Positions 24,323 through 38,189 of a stretch of 64,000 nt of DNA are shown here, one piece after another. The stretch comes from Eledone cirrhosa (lineage: Eukaryota), in assembly GCA_964016885.1 (NCBI GenBank), contig OZ024741.1:328910001-328974000 (forward strand), written 5' to 3'. The position numbers and the translations under genes are program-made. Within the stretch, counting starts at the first letter, position 1; the number at the start of each line of letters is the position of its first letter. The notes beneath the pieces were generated by a model. That model was not told the DNA's origin. It did no database searches and saw nothing but the letters and a program-made list of their open reading frames with translations.

Positions 24323-27300
24323 ATGACCTCACTCAGAATAGGCAGCATAAATGCGCGTGGTTTGGGGTCGTCATGGAAGCAGGGTCACCTGCTCAACGAC
24401 CTCAGGTCACTAAACATAGATGTAGTGGCCATCAGCGAGACCAGAATCTCCGAAGCACGGGCCTTCGCACCGATCTTCGGCGGCTTCGATGTGTACGCAT
24501 CTCCCAGCCGTCCTGGATCCGGTGGAGGAGTTGCTGTGCTTTTTCGGAGAGGTTTGGATCTCGCCATACGGGCCATCTTCCTGGACCCAGAGGGTAAGCT
24601 GGTGGTGCTGGACGTGACCAGCGGAGACGGGCAAGCTTTCAGGCTAGTGGCCGTCTATGCCCCGACAGGAGCAGGGCGGCCTGATTTCTTCCGGCGTCTG
24701 GAGACCTTTCTTGGAACGTCCCGCTCTTTAGTGTTAGTGGGCGACTGGAACGGGATCTTAGATGCACGCTGGGACTGTGTGGGATTAGCGGATAGGGGTG
24801 GAGGGTGCAAGAGCCTCACCAACCTGCTCAGGCGTTTTGAACTGTCTGACAGGTACCGATTGGATTTCCCGAATGTGCCAATGTGGACTTGGACAAACCG
24901 CATAGGCTCATCCAGATCATATCTAGATAGAGTATTTTGTAGGGAAATAGATAGGTCTAGCATAGGCTGTCCACAATTCAAGATAGTCAGCTACACGGAC
25001 CACAAATTCGTGACCTGTGTGCTTGACTTAGATAGGCTTCATAGACGAGGACCCGGCTACTGGAAGCTAAACGCGTCCTTACCAGCGCGCAAGGCCTACA
25101 GAGACCGGATTAGCGAACTAGTTAAGCGGGCGTTGACGGGGGCCATCGTCAACAACAAGTGGTGGTTTGCTCTGAAAAGAGCGATTAGAATAGAATCGAT
25201 TAGGTTTAGTAAGGCTTTAGCAATAGAGAAAAATAGAGCAGAGGGAGAACTAGTTAGAAAATTAGACGAGGCGCTTAGCAAAGGCATTGCGACCGACGTG
25301 CTTGCGGCGAAATTGGCCCTTGACCAATTCTTCAATGCAAAGCACGAAGGCTGCGTTGTCAGAGCTAGGGTGCGTGCTCTCAGACACGAGGGGACGAAAG
25401 CCGTTCAATGGGCCCGAGTGGCGGAGGCGCGTCGTGGCAACAAAGCCACGATCCGGTCTTTGGTGGACCACGACGGGCGCATGCTACTCGATCCCGGGCA
25501 AATGTGTGAAGCTTTTCAGCGACACTTCGCTCAGCTGTTCGGGGGCAGCGGGGGGCCGGGTAGAGGGATGGACTTTAGTGTCTACCTCGACGGACTGCCG
25601 CGGCTCTCGGCCACTGAGGCGAAGTGTTGCGAAAAGCCGATAACAGCCGCTGAAGTACGGGAGGCAATGACTGGCTGCACAAGGGGTAAATCGCCTGGTT
25701 TGGATGGTCTGCCCTATGAACTTTACGTACAGATGCCAGACTTGTTCGGAGGCCTCTTGGCGGACGTCTACTGCAACTGGCAACAGAACGGGAGAATTCC
25801 CAGTTCTGTGAGCCGAGGAGCGGTGGCACTGCTGAGAAAGGATCCGAACAAGGGGGATAACATAGACAATTTCCGGCCCATAACTCTGCTAAACACAGAG
25901 TTTAAGATTTTGGCCAAGGTGCTAGCAAAAAGGTTGGCGCTTGTCGTTGGTGGTCTGGTGGGAGAGGCGCAGACATGCGCCATTCCCGACAGATCCATCC
26001 ACGACAACCTCCACCTCATGCGATACATCGTAGAGAGGGTAGCTAGGGAACCTGGCACGGGTGGGTCCTTGATCAATTTAGATCAGTCGAAAGCTTTCGA
26101 TAGGGTCGACCATCGTTACCTAGCGGCAGTCCTGAGGGCGGCTGGCTTTGGGCCCGTCTTCAGAGGCTGGATCGCTGCCATGCACAGCGACATCTGCTCT
26201 GTGGTGAGAGTGAACGGTCACCTGTCGGAACCGTTCAACATCATGCGCTCGGTCCGCCAAGGATGTCCCCTCTCGTCCCTCTTGTACGTATTGACTCTCG
26301 AGCCATTACTGCACAAACTGGAGACGTTGAGGGGAGTCCCGCGCGAACTAGGATGCGGAAGATCCGTGTCAGCATATGCGGACGATGTCACCGTAGTGGT
26401 GTCGAACGCCAAACACATCGAGGCGATCGGCACTACACTAAGAGAATACGAAGCGGTGACAGGAGCAATGATCAACCAGGAAAAGTCAGTGGGCCTGCAG
26501 CTCGGCACCTGGAGAGGCAGGTCCATGCCGTCCAACAGCGTCGTCGGGCGCTGGACGGACGGACCGGTTAAATTGCTAGGGGTCTGGTTCGGTCCGGACC
26601 TCCAGACGGACAAAAACTGGGACGAGGTGACGAGCAGGGTGGCTTCTCTCACCCAGAAATGGGCGGAGAGGAAGCTATCCCTGAAAGGTCGAGCGGAGGT
26701 GGCTAACGCGTACATCGCGTCTGTCATCTGCTACCGCCTAACCGTCGTACCTTGTCCTAAGCCTCGCCTGACTGCGCTGGAGCGTTTGCTCTTTCGCTTT
26801 TTGTGGAAGGGACGTGCTCCGATGGTCAGGCGGTCCATCTGTTGTCAACACCCGCTACGTGGAGGGCTGGGCATGCCGTGGCTGATGATGCGCAGGCACG
26901 CGCTCAGGCTACGACATCTCCACCTCTTCCTCGACGGTGATCAGGTGTGGTCGCCGTTTGCTAGACGCGTTTTTCCCCAGCTCGTTTCCTTGACGGAGCT
27001 GCAGTCCTGGGTCAAGCGAAGACCGAGAGGGAGCGCCTGGAGACTGGAATGTCTTCAGGCGCTCACAGCCCTCGACCAATCGGGCAATGTGATCGGTGGA
27101 AACTCCACCTCGGCGTTCTATAGAGGATTAGTGGAGGGGAAGAGCGACGACGTACTTGGGGAAACTCTAGGCGTCGACGAAAATCAACTAGCCAATCTCT
27201 TCGGAAGAACTTTCGGGCCAGGGCCTATGGACAACTTCCAGAAATCTCTGGCCTGGCAGTGCTACCGAGGAGCCTTGCCAGTTCGGGATAAACTCTACAG

Positions 27301-27742
27301 GCATGGAGGTGCCGTCAGCCGGGCATGTCCGAGATGCGCGCAGGGCGACGAAACCGTCCTGCACGCACTCGTCCAGTGTCCGAAAATTGCTGACTTGTGG
27401 GTTTATGTCGAACACCTGCTGTCGCGTTTAGGACGGATCCAGCTATCATCTGAGTCTATCGTGAGGATTGCCCCGCCCTCCTCCTTTAGCCGGGAAGGGC
27501 AGGCAGTTTTTATCTGTCTGGTGGCCATGGCGAAAGAGATAGTATGGTGGACACGTTTGAAAGGGCTGAAGACGAGCACTTACCTCTTCGGTGATGCTCT
27601 GATTGACTTTTTCAAATTTCATTTGAAAAGGAAAATCAGAGTAGAGAAGGAAGTGCTCTCTTCCCAGCATTTTGTTGAAAGATGGGTGAGAGAAGCAAGA
27701 ATGGCCCGAGTGAATGGGCCGACTCTGAGTATATATCTGTAA
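24323..27742 (+). CDS. Tx1 ORF2: APE endonuclease + reverse transcriptase + C-terminal zinc finger (1139 aa)
   Basis: SINARG, ISETR, GDWN, YLDR, TDH; KSPGLDG, FRPITLLN, LDQSKAFD, RQGCPLS, AYADD; CPRC..ETVLHALVQC. Confidence 0.97.
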   Translation: MTSLRIGSINARGLGSSWKQGHLLNDLRSLNIDVVAISETRISEARAFAPIFGGFDVYASPSRPGSGGGVAVLFRRGLDLAIRAIFLDPEGKLVVLDVTSGDGQAFRLVAVYAPTGAGRPDFFRRLETFLGTSRSLVLVGDWNGILDARWDCVGLADRGGGCKSLTNLLRRFELSDRYRLDFPNVPMWTWTNRIGSSRSYLDRVFCREIDRSSIGCPQFKIVSYTDHKFVTCVLDLDRLHRRGPGYWKLNASLPARKAYRDRISELVKRALTGAIVNNKWWFALKRAIRIESIRFSKALAIEKNRAEGELVRKLDEALSKGIATDVLAAKLALDQFFNAKHEGCVVRARVRALRHEGTKAVQWARVAEARRGNKATIRSLVDHDGRMLLDPGQMCEAFQRHFAQLFGGSGGPGRGMDFSVYLDGLPRLSATEAKCCEKPITAAEVREAMTGCTRGKSPGLDGLPYELYVQMPDLFGGLLADVYCNWQQNGRIPSSVSRGAVALLRKDPNKGDNIDNFRPITLLNTEFKILAKVLAKRLALVVGGLVGEAQTCAIPDRSIHDNLHLMRYIVERVAREPGTGGSLINLDQSKAFDRVDHRYLAAVLRAAGFGPVFRGWIAAMHSDICSVVRVNGHLSEPFNIMRSVRQGCPLSSLLYVLTLEPLLHKLETLRGVPRELGCGRSVSAYADDVTVVVSNAKHIEAIGTTLREYEAVTGAMINQEKSVGLQLGTWRGRSMPSNSVVGRWTDGPVKLLGVWFGPDLQTDKNWDEVTSRVASLTQKWAERKLSLKGRAEVANAYIASVICYRLTVVPCPKPRLTALERLLFRFLWKGRAPMVRRSICCQHPLRGGLGMPWLMMRRHALRLRHLHLFLDGDQVWSPFARRVFPQLVSLTELQSWVKRRPRGSAWRLECLQALTALDQSGNVIGGNSTSAFYRGLVEGKSDDVLGETLGVDENQLANLFGRTFGPGPMDNFQKSLAWQCYRGALPVRDKLYRHGGAVSRACPRCAQGDETVLHALVQCPKIADLWVYVEHLLSRLGRIQLSSESIVRIAPPSSFSREGQAVFICLVAMAKEIVWWTRLKGLKTSTYLFGDALIDFFKFHLKRKIRVEKEVLSSQHFVERWVREARMARVNGPTLSIYL

Positions 27743-28002
27743 ACTAAAGGTGGAAAACTGGGAGAGGGCACTTGCCTTGGTGGTCAGGGTCATTGTGGCT
27801 TTTTACTGGGCTTTCTCCACAAATGTCCCTCCGAAGTCTCCCCCCTATTGGGGAATTTTTCATTGTTATTTTCATTGTTATTTTTGTTACATCCTCTGTT
27901 TTTGTTTTTTTACACGCAGAAATGCCCATTTGTACCGTCCTGCATTGTCCTGCACTGTCCTTAATGTCTACTTTATGTAAACCCTTGTGGTTAATAAAGA
28001 AA

Positions 28003-28061
<59 letters not shown>

Positions 28062-28063
<2 letters not shown>

Positions 28064-31000
28064 AGTTGCATTTATCTTGCTTTATGTTCATACAAGTTAT
28101 CACCAAGTCACAACCAGTGACCTCAAGAGACAACAAGGTCCGCCATGTTCAAGAAAGAACATACATACTCACACATGCATCTTTAGTGTTTAGACTTGTG
28201 ATGTACTTATATTGACAGAATCTTCCTTAGTATATGGGCAGTTCCCATTAGTACTATCTTTTGTATTTCTCCTATACGCGGGTTTCCTGGGATTTGCGAT
28301 AAGGTCCTTATACTTGCTCAATTTTTCAAATGTTTTTCTAGATACATTCTTGTCTATTGGAACAGACATATCAATTAGCAGGCATACCCTCTTTTGAAAG
28401 TCTTTCAATATTATATCAGGTCTGTTTGCATCTATTTTTCGGTCTGTTTGAGATGTGATCTTTTTCAAGTATGGGAGGTGGTTGATGCTCCCACCAATTC
28501 TTTTGATGGGGCAGGTCAAAATGCTTACACATTATCCAATGTATGTATTGTGCAGCTCTGTCATGCCTGTTTAGGTATTCGGTTGGAGCTATAGGACTGC
28601 ACATTGAAATTATATGGTCAATGGTCTCTGGTTGTTTTTTGCATACACGGCATAATGGGCTGCACCCATTTTTTATTATGTTGGCTTGGTTAATTTTTGT
28701 TGGCAGACACTGATCTTGTGCCGATATAATCAGTCCTTCAGTCTCCGATTTCAGTCCAGAGGATGCCAACCACTGATGAGTTAAAATTTTGTCAACATCA
28801 GGATTGTTAGCTCGCTCTGGGTATTTTCCATACAGAGGCTTTTCTTGCCATTTCTTAGCCAGTTTTGTAGCAGTTCTTTCTTTGCAGTTACTTTTACCTG
28901 CTTTGCTTTTTCTGTGTTTTCCATTTCAGCAGTAAATGGGACTTCTGAAATTTGTAGTCCATTACTGTATCTTTGTGCATCTTTTGTAATGGAATATGAT
29001 CTTTTGATGCTTTCGTGTTTCAAAACGAGTTTGATCATCCAATCATGTGATTCCCTTAGATATGTAGATAATCCAATTGTTGCAGTTTTCAACGCAATGT
29101 CTAACTGGATTAACCCACGTCCTCCATCTTTCCTAGGGAGATATATTCTATCTATATCTGCCTTAGGGTGATGCATTCTGTGCATGGTTAAGAATTTTCG
29201 GATTTTTGTATCGAGCCTACGGATCTCTGTGCTTGACCAGTTGATGACATTGTAACTGTAGGTTACTACTGGTATGGCAAGCGTGTTTATGGCATCGATC
29301 CTATTCCTTGCATTCAATTCCGTTCTTAAGATTGCTCTGACTCTGCGGTAACATTCCTTCCTTATCCTTTCCCTCATTGTCGAGTGCTTGATTCCGTCTC
29401 CTTCACAAACACCTAGATATTTGTAAGTTTTTTCTTGATCAAGTTCTCTTATCACGTTCCCCCGATCAAGATTAATGTCTGAACTCTTCAGCAGCTTTCC
29501 TCTGGTGAACGTTGCTTTGGCGCATTTATCTAGTCCAAACTCCATTTTAATGTCATCACTGAACTGCTTCACAGTGGATAATAGCCCTTGCAATTGTTCA
29601 TCATATTTTGCAATTAGTTTCAGGTCATCCATGTAGAACAGGTGATTAATGGTTTTGTCATAGACTTTATATCCATGTTTTGTTTCATTGAGCATTTTAC
29701 TTAATGGTATAAGTGCGATGCAGAATAAAAGCGGTGATAAAGAGTCACCCTGAAAAATTCCACATTTAATATTAACTTCTCCAGCTTCCAGTGATTTTGT
29801 TTCACTATTCAAAAGGAGTGTCGTTTTCCATGTCTTCATACTGAATGACAAAAACCTCCTGACAACAGGGGATACTTTGAAAATCTCTAAACATTTTTCA
29901 ATCCAACTGTGTGGCAAACTATCAAATGCTTTTTTGTAATCTATCCAAGCAATCGATAGATTTTTGTGTCTATTATGACAATCTTCCAGTATCATTTTGT
30001 TAACCAGAAGCTGATCCTTACAGCCATATGAGCCTCGTTTACACCCTTTGTGCTCAATGGGAAATAGGTCATTTGTTATCAGGCGGTCATATGTGTATTC
30101 AGTTAGGACTGATGTTAACATTTTATACATTGTGGTCAAGCAAGTTATCGGTCTGTAATTTTTGGGATTGTTTGTCTCATCATTCTTCGGAAGCAGGAAT
30201 GTAATGCCGTTAACTAGCCATGAAGGTATCTTTTCTGGCTCCTTAACTATTTCATTGTAAAGTTGGGCTAACAGCTCATGAGACTCTGTGAAGGCATTTA
30301 TCCAAAAGTTTTGTATTTTGTCTTTTCCTGGGGATTTCCATTTGCTGGTTTTTCTTAGAGCCAAGCGCAACTGTTCAACTGTTATATTTTCCCATGTTTG
30401 TTCCTCAAGGTGAGCTGTATCATTCATGTGTCTGTCTATCCATGGGGCATGTATGTTATGAACTTTTTCATCGGCCCAGATCTTTTCCCAGAATTCTTGC
30501 ACTTCCTCCTTGGGGGGTGTGATTTAGCAGTTATTGTTGACTTACCAATTTTTCTGTAGAAGTTTCTTTGGTTGTTTTTGAACATATTATTGTCCTTATA
30601 GAATCTAGATCGTTTTTCAAAGCGCCTTATACGAGCAGCTTTGGCCGACACTTTTTGCTTGATTATTTCTATCAGCATGTCTATGTCACATGTTGATTTT
30701 ATACTGTACTTTTTTTTCAATTTTCTAAGTTTAGTTTGTTTAACATGTTCACCTACTTTATAGTTTGTTAAAATTTCTATGTCAGATCGGAGAAGGTTTA
30801 TTTGGCGATTGATGTTCTCTTGCCAAGTAGATTTCTTGTGGGAATTCCTTTGTTTTTTCATCTTCACTCCACATAAGTGAGTGGTGACTTTAGCCGATGC
30901 ATAATAGAGATGATTTAAATCAGTAATGTTTAGTTTGTTTGTGATGATAATGTTTTTGAGAATTATGTTAGTCTTGTGTATTATCTTTTGGTTCTGTTTG

Positions 31001-31361
31001 GAGTTCTGGATCTTAGGGAGGGTGTCTCGTTGCCCCATGTCAGATTCTTTCATTTTCATCCATTCGATCAGAATTTCATCCTTCAAGTTGGCAAGTTCAT
31101 TCTCATTCATTTCCTTATCATTTACGATCACATTATTTTCATTTGGAGCATCCTGAGCATGCACTCCCTCCACTTTTTCGATCCTTTCTTTAATTTGTTC
31201 TGTTGCCAGTGATTCCGCCCCAACCCTGGGATTCGAAGTGTTACAGTTTACCTCGTTTTCACTGACACATGTTTCATTTTCCCTTCGCTGACTTTGTGCT
31301 AATAGCTTGATCTGATCAATTTCTATATCAGTTAGTAACTTTTTTCTTACAATATTTCTTC
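28062..31361 (-). mobile_element. R4/Dong family A, duplicate of 1195-4975 with extra deletions
   Basis: ORFs 28781-30502, 30436-31173 and 28416-28769. Shares the private deletion (GGTCTGTTT|GAGATG) and the GGTTAATTT insertion with copy 1. Confidence 0.93.
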
Positions 31362-31382
31362 TTCTTCTTCTTCTTCTTCTTC

Positions 31383-31447
<65 letters not shown>

Positions 31448-34400
31448 GTCGACCTACGAAGGAAATCGTATTATCGTGAGCTCCGCATAAAGGTAACTGC
31501 ATAAATGCGCGTGGCTTGAGATCGTCATGGAAGCAGGGCCACCTGCTCAACGATCTAAAGTCACTAAACATAGATGTAGTGGCCATCAGCGAGACCAGAA
31601 TCTCTGTAGCACGGGCCTTCACACCGATCTTCGGTGGCTACGATGTGTACGCATCTCCCAGCCGTCCGGGATCGGAGGTAGGAGTTGCTGTGCTTTTTCC
31701 GAGAGGTTTGGATCTCGCCATACGGGCCATCTTCCTGGACCCAGAAGGTAAGTTGGTGGTGCTGGACGTGACCAGCGGAGACGGGCAAGCTTTCAGGTTA
31801 GTGGCCGTCTATGCCCCGACAAGAGCAGGGCGGCCTGATTTCTTCCGGCGTCTGGAGACCTTTCTTGGAACGTCCCGCTCTTTAGTGTTAGTGGGCGACT
31901 GGAACGGGATCTTAGATGCACTCTGGGACTGTGTGGGATTAGCGGATAGCGGAGGAGGGTGCAAGTGTCTCACCAACCTGCTCAGGCGTTTTGAACTGTC
32001 TGACAGGTACCGATTGGATTTCCCGAGTGTGCCAATGTGGACTTGGACAAATCGCATAGGGTCATCCAAATCATATCTAGATAGAGTATTTTGTAGGAAA
32101 ATAGATAGGTCTAGCATTGGCTGTCCACAATTCAAGATAGTCAGCTACACGGACCACAAATTTGTGATCCGTGTGCTTGACTTAGATAGGCTTCATAGAC
32201 GAGGACCCGGAAGCTAAACGCATCCTTACCAGCGCGCAAAGCCGGATTAGCGAACTAGTTAAGCGGGCGTTGACGGGGGCCATCGTCAACAACAAGTGGT
32301 GGTTTCCTCTGAAAAGAGCAATTAGAATATAGTCCATTAGGTTTAGTAAGGCTTTAGCAATAGAGAAAAATAGAGCAGAGGGAGAATTAGTTAGAAGATT
32401 AGACGAGGCGCTTAGCAAAGGCATCGCGACCGACGTACTTGCGGCGAAATTGGCCCTTGACCAATTCTTCAATGCAAATCACGAAGGGTGCGTTGTCAGA
32501 GCTAGGGTGCGTGCTCTCAGACACGAGTGGACGAAAGCCGTTCAATGGGCCCGAGTGGCGGAGGCGCGTCGTGGCAACAAAACCGCGATCCGGTCTTTGG
32601 TGTACCACGACGGGCGCATGCTACTCAATCCCGAGCAAATGTGTGAAGCTTTCCAGCGACACTTCGCCCAGCTGTTCGGGGGCAGCGGCAGGCCGAATCG
32701 AGGGATGGACTTTAATGTCTACTTCGACGGACTGCCGCGGCTCTCGGCCACTGAGGCGGAGTGTTGCGAAAAGCCGATAACAGCCGCTGATGTACAGGAA
32801 GCAATGACTGGCTGCACAAGGGTTAAATCGCCTGGTTTGGATGGTCTGCCCTATGAACTTTACGTACAAATGCCAGACTTGTTCGGAGGCCTCTTGGCGG
32901 ATGTCTACTGGAACTGGCAACAGAACGGGAGAATTCCCAGCTCTGTGAGCCGAGGAGCGGTGTAGCTGCTGAGAAAGGATCCGAACAATGGGGATAACAT
33001 AGATAATTTCAGGCCATAACTCTGCTAAACACAGAGTTCAAGATTTTGGCCAAGGTGCTAGCAAAGAGGTTGGCGCTTGTCGTTGGTGGTCTGGTGGGAG
33101 AGGCGCAGACATGCGCCATTCTCGACAGATCCATCAGCGACAACCTCCACCTCATGCGATACATCGTAGAGAGGGTAGCTAGGGAACCTGGCACGGGTGG
33201 ATCCTTGATCAATTTAGATCAGTTGAAAGCTTTCGATAGGGTCGACCACCGTTACCTAGCGGCAGTCCTGAGGGCAGTTGGCTTTGGGCCCGTCTTCAGA
33301 GGCCGGATCGCTGCCATGCACAGCGACATCTGCTCTGTGGTGAGAGTGAACGGTCACGTTTCGGAACCGTTCAACATCATGCGCTCGGTCCGCCAAGGAT
33401 GTCCCCTCTCGTCCCTCTTGTACGTATTGACTCTCGAGCCATTAGTGCACAAACTGGAGACGTTGAGGGGGTCCACGCGAAATAGGATGCGGAAGATGCG
33501 TGTCGGCATATGCGGATGATGTTAACGTAGTGGTGCCGAACGCCAAACAAATCGAGGCGATCGGCACTACACTAAGAGAATACGAAGCGGTGACAGGAGC
33601 AATGATCAACCAGGAAAAGTCAGTGGGCCTGCATCTCGGCACCTGGAGAGGCAGGTCCATGCCGTCCAACAGCGTCGTCGGGCGCTGGACGGACGGACCT
33701 GTTAAATTGCTAGGGGTCTGGTTCGGTCCGGACCTCCAGATGGACAAAAACTGGAACGAGGTGACGAGCAGGGCGGCTTCTCTCACCCAGAAATGGGCCG
33801 AGAGGAAGCTATCCCTGAAAGGTCGAGCGGAGGTGGCTAACGCCTACATGGCGTCCGTCATCTACTACCGCCTGACCGTCGAAAATCAACTAACCAATCT
33901 CTTCGGAAGGACTTTCGGTCCGGGGCCTATGGACAACTTCCAAAAATCCCTGGCCTGGAAGTGCTACCGGGGAGCTTTGCCAGTTCGGGATAAACTCTAC
34001 AGGCATGGACGTGCCGTCAGCTGGGCATGTCCGAGATGCGCGCAGGGCGAAAAAACCGTGCTGCACGCACTCGTCCAGTGTCCAAGCATTGCTGACTTGT
34101 GGGTTTATGTCGAACACCTGCAGTCACGTATAGGACGGATCCAGCTATCAGCTGAGTCCATCGTGAGGATTGCCCCGCCCTCTTCCTTAAGCCGGGAAGG
34201 GCAGGCAGATTTTATATGTCTGGTGGCCATGGCGAACGAGATAGTATGGTTGACACGTTTGAAAGGGCTGAAGACGAGCACTTACCTCTTCGGGGATGCC
34301 CTGATTAACTTTTTCAAATTTCATTTGAAAAGGAAAATCAGGGTAGAGAGGGAATGGCTCTCTTCCCAGCATTTTGTTGAAAGATGGATGAGAGAAGCAA

Positions 34401-34686
34401 GTATGGCCCGAGTGAATGGGGCTACTCTGAGTATGTGTCTGTAAATTAAAGGTAGAAAACTGGGAGAGGGCACTTGCCCTGGTGGTCAGGGTCACTGCGG
34501 TCTTTTAATGGGGTTTCTCCACAAATGTCCCTCGGAAGTCTCCCCCCTATTGGGGAATTTTTCTTTGTTATTTTATTTCAACCTCTGTTTTTTTACACGC
34601 AGAAATGCCCATTTGTACCGTCCTGTATTGTCCTGTACTGTCCTTAATGTCTACTTTATGTGAACCCTTGTGGTTAATAAAGAAAA

Positions 34687-34687
<1 letters not shown>
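31448..34687 (+). mobile_element. Degenerate Tx1 element, duplicate of 9447-13302
   Basis: Same 5' start GTCGACCTACG, same stops and same ~430-bp deletion. Additionally lacks about 9490-10105-equivalent sequence. Confidence 0.92.
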
Positions 34688-34717
<30 letters not shown>

Positions 34718-34724
34718 GTTGTTA

Positions 34725-36665
34725 TTCCTTGAATCTCAGTCATTGATGTTGGTTAACTGGAAAGTCCGTTGGATTGAATATCAAGCCACTACCTGCAGCC
34801 TCAGATATTCAGGACGTATCGGAGGGTTCTTGCTGTTCCAAGCAAGCATGCCTTTTGAAGCGTTCCAAAAAGCGTGAAGGGGCCGATTTTCTTTAACCAT
34901 CCCTGGAAACTTTTGGAGATAGTCCCCAGTGCGCCTATGACAATCGGGATCACTTTGACTTCATGGCAGTTCCAAATCCTTTTCACCTCCCACTTTAGGT
35001 CCTGGTATCGGTTAATTTTCTCCCTCTCCTTCTCTTGCACTCTCGTGTCGAACGGGCAGGCCACATCCACAATCAGACACGATCTTTTTTCTTTGTCCAC
35101 AACCACCAGGTCAGGTCTATTGTGTTCCAGTTTTTTGTCCGTCTGTATCCTAAAATCCCACAGCACCTTCACCTGATTGTTCTCCATCACCGCCTCTGGC
35201 CTATGCTCATACCATTTCTCAGAATGTGGTAAATTGTTTACTTTGCATAGGTGCCAGTGGATCACCCTGCCCATCACATCGTGTCTCCAGCCCTTATAGT
35301 GGGTCTGGGCTAGGTGTTTACACTCGGACACAATGTGAGCCACAGTCTCCTCTCTCCACAGATCCTGCACAGTGGGCTAGCCTCCTCCTTGTAGATATGG
35401 TGTTTCAACCACTTCGTTTTGAGGGCCTGCTCCTGCGCAGCCATTAGCATTCCTTCTGTAGCCTTTTTGAGGTCTCCTCTTCTCAACCAGTTCCATGTCT
35501 GTGGATCTCTAAATTCAGTTTTCTCAAAGAAGGTACTATGAAGGGATTTTCCCTTAAGGCTGCTCTTCCTCCTTGATGTTATTTCCTCCTTGGACATCCC
35601 CTGGCCTACTGTCCCCTCCTTCAGTACAGTTCTGAGCATTGGCTCCTTACTATATGTCACGTATTTGTATAGGTTGTTTTTCTCCATCTGAACACAGTCC
35701 TCTATGCTGATAAGACCTCTTCCACCCTCAGATCTCCTTAGGTAGAGTCTATCGACATCACTCCTCTTGTGGAACATGTTGTAGATAGCTTCCTAGTCTT
35801 CCTATCCATTTCTTTTTGTTCAGCAACATTCCATCTCAGAATTCCCGCACTGTACCTAATAATAGACACAGCTCGGGAATTTACTGCGCTTATGGCATTT
35901 CTGCTGTTCAGATGTGACTTCAATACGCTCCTTACTCTCCGAATGTATTCAGTTCTTAACAATTCCTTCATTTTTTTGTTCTTTATGCCATCAGCCTCCA
36001 GAACGCCCAAATACTTGTATCCTTCCTCAGAGTCAATTTCCTTTATCATTTCACCTGTTGGTATCTGGATCCCGTCACTTCTGCTCAACCTACCCCTCTT
36101 CATCACAATGACTCCACATTTACCAATACCAAACTGCATACATATATCACTGCTGAAAATACGGACAGTGTCAACAAGCACATCCAACTCCTTCTCACTT
36201 TTCCCGAAGAGCTTAAGATCGTCCATGAAGAGGAGGTGATTGATGGTAAGCTCTCCCCTTCCCAACTTGTATCCTGCTCTCACTTTTCGCAGCATAATGG
36301 TCAAGGGCATCAGGGCAAGGACAAACAACAGAGGGGACAGGCTATCTCCCTGGAAGATACCTCTCTTGATCTTCACGCTTCCCAAGGATACTCCAGTTGA
36401 TGTCAACTCTGTCTCCCAGGACCCCATACTCCTGCCTAGCAACTGTCTGATGTTATCTGCCACCCTGAAGATCTCCAGGCTTTTGGTGATCCAGGAATGA
36501 GGCACCATGTCAAATGCCTTTCTGTAGTCTATCCATCCCATGGCAAGATCAGTGTGTCTCCTCCTGCAGTTCCCCATTACCATCTTATCAATAAGCAACT
36601 GGTCCTTTGTACCACGTGACTTCTTTCGGCATCCTTTCTGTTCGTCCGGTACCAAGTTGTTTGTG

Positions 36666-36667
<2 letters not shown>
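34725..36667 (-). mobile_element. R4/Dong family B, 5'-truncated
   Basis: ORFs 35738-36655, 35310-35777 and 34801-35370. Near-identical to 5061-6942 but extends further 5'. Confidence 0.93.
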
Positions 36668-36761
<94 letters not shown>

Positions 36762-36764
<3 letters not shown>

Positions 36765-36950
36765 GGCGCATGGCTCAGTGGTTAGAGCATTGGGCTTGCA
36801 ATGCTCGAAAGGTTGTGAGTTCAATTCTCGGACCGCGTGATGTGTTGTTTCCTTGAGCAAACACTTTATTTCACATTGCTCCAGTTTACTCAGTTGTAGA
36901 AATGAGTGCCGCTTAGCCAGTGGGATCGCGTTATCTTATGGCTAAAACAG
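36762..36950 (+). mobile_element. tRNA-derived SINE (family S1)
   Basis: A box TGGCTCAGTGG, B box GAGTTCAATTC, then body CCTTGAGCAAACACTT..TTGCTCCAG..ACTCAG. 3' end approximate. Confidence 0.75.
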
Positions 36951-37151
36951 CCAGACGTGCTGTGAGCAGCGGCGCCGATTGGCGCCCGACAGACTGGTCG
37001 GTCAAGGCGATCAAGGTGATATATATCTATATATTTCAAGGCAGGCCAGATTCCAATGACTTTCCGTAGTTTATTGCATGACAGTCTGCTAAGTGGAATG
37101 ACCGGATCACATGCCAGTTCTAATACATTAAAACATGCAACGTGAACAAAT

Positions 37152-37292
<141 letters not shown>

Positions 37293-38114
37293 TGTCGACT
37301 GGAATATCGTTGCTGAACTTAGTACAGTTTATGATACGAAATATTATGATAACAACGGTTCAATTTATTTCAGTTTCTCATTTTCTAATGGAAGACACCC
37401 CCATTAACATTTTTATCACTTTGGAAATACTTAGAATTCAGAGCGAATCACAGAAATTTCTATTTTCTTCATTATTTATTGGTATTTTGGAGAGGAGGTG
37501 GGATCCACTAGGTTTCAAAATGCTCTAGAAACGCCCTGTGTCAATATGACGCCGTTACATTTCCCTCGGGAATTAGGGAAGAGAAAAGATAAGAAGTTGG
37601 TTTTTAGAATTTCAGTTTAAAATGTTTTTACATAAAAGTATGCTGGAATGCGTTTAGTGAATTATGAACTCATTACAAAAACAGATTTGCTTCGTTCATC
37701 CGGGAGATAGTAAACTTTTGCGATACCCTAAAGTTTTGGCGGCGAATAGGCTTAAATCAACATTTCCAAATCACGCTGAGGTTAACCTTTCTTAATGTGC
37801 CAATAAAACGAAATTTAGAGAAAAAAAAAATATAGATACATTATAGAATACAATAACTAAGAATGTTACGGGAAATCCGTAAATAGTTTACGTCTCGAGA
37901 GGAAACGACCTTTTATTTTGGAAAAAACTTGTAAAGTATGAGCAAGCTAGCGATTGCCTACGTCGAAATTATTGTTGTGTGGTGACAGGGGAAAAACGTC
38001 GAAAGTTTCGGGGGCAGAAACTTTCGTCAGAGAGAAAAGAAATGTCAAGTGGTGCCGAGGGATGCATACAATAGGATCAGTGATACACACACGCGCATAC
38101 ACTTAAACACGCAT

Positions 38115-38189
<75 letters not shown>

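Larger units (their letters stand above)
21981..28004 (+). mobile_element. Full-length Tx1/L1-clade non-LTR retrotransposon with two intact ORFs, inserted in (TTA)n
   Basis: 5' end GAATGCC identical to 14069. ORF1, ORF2 and a 3' UTR with AATAAA. (ATT)n on both sides. Confidence 0.95.

Noticed and set aside
36762-36835. tRNA gene
   Set aside because: A/B boxes are present but there is no proper cloverleaf, and it continues into a SINE body found elsewhere in the window.
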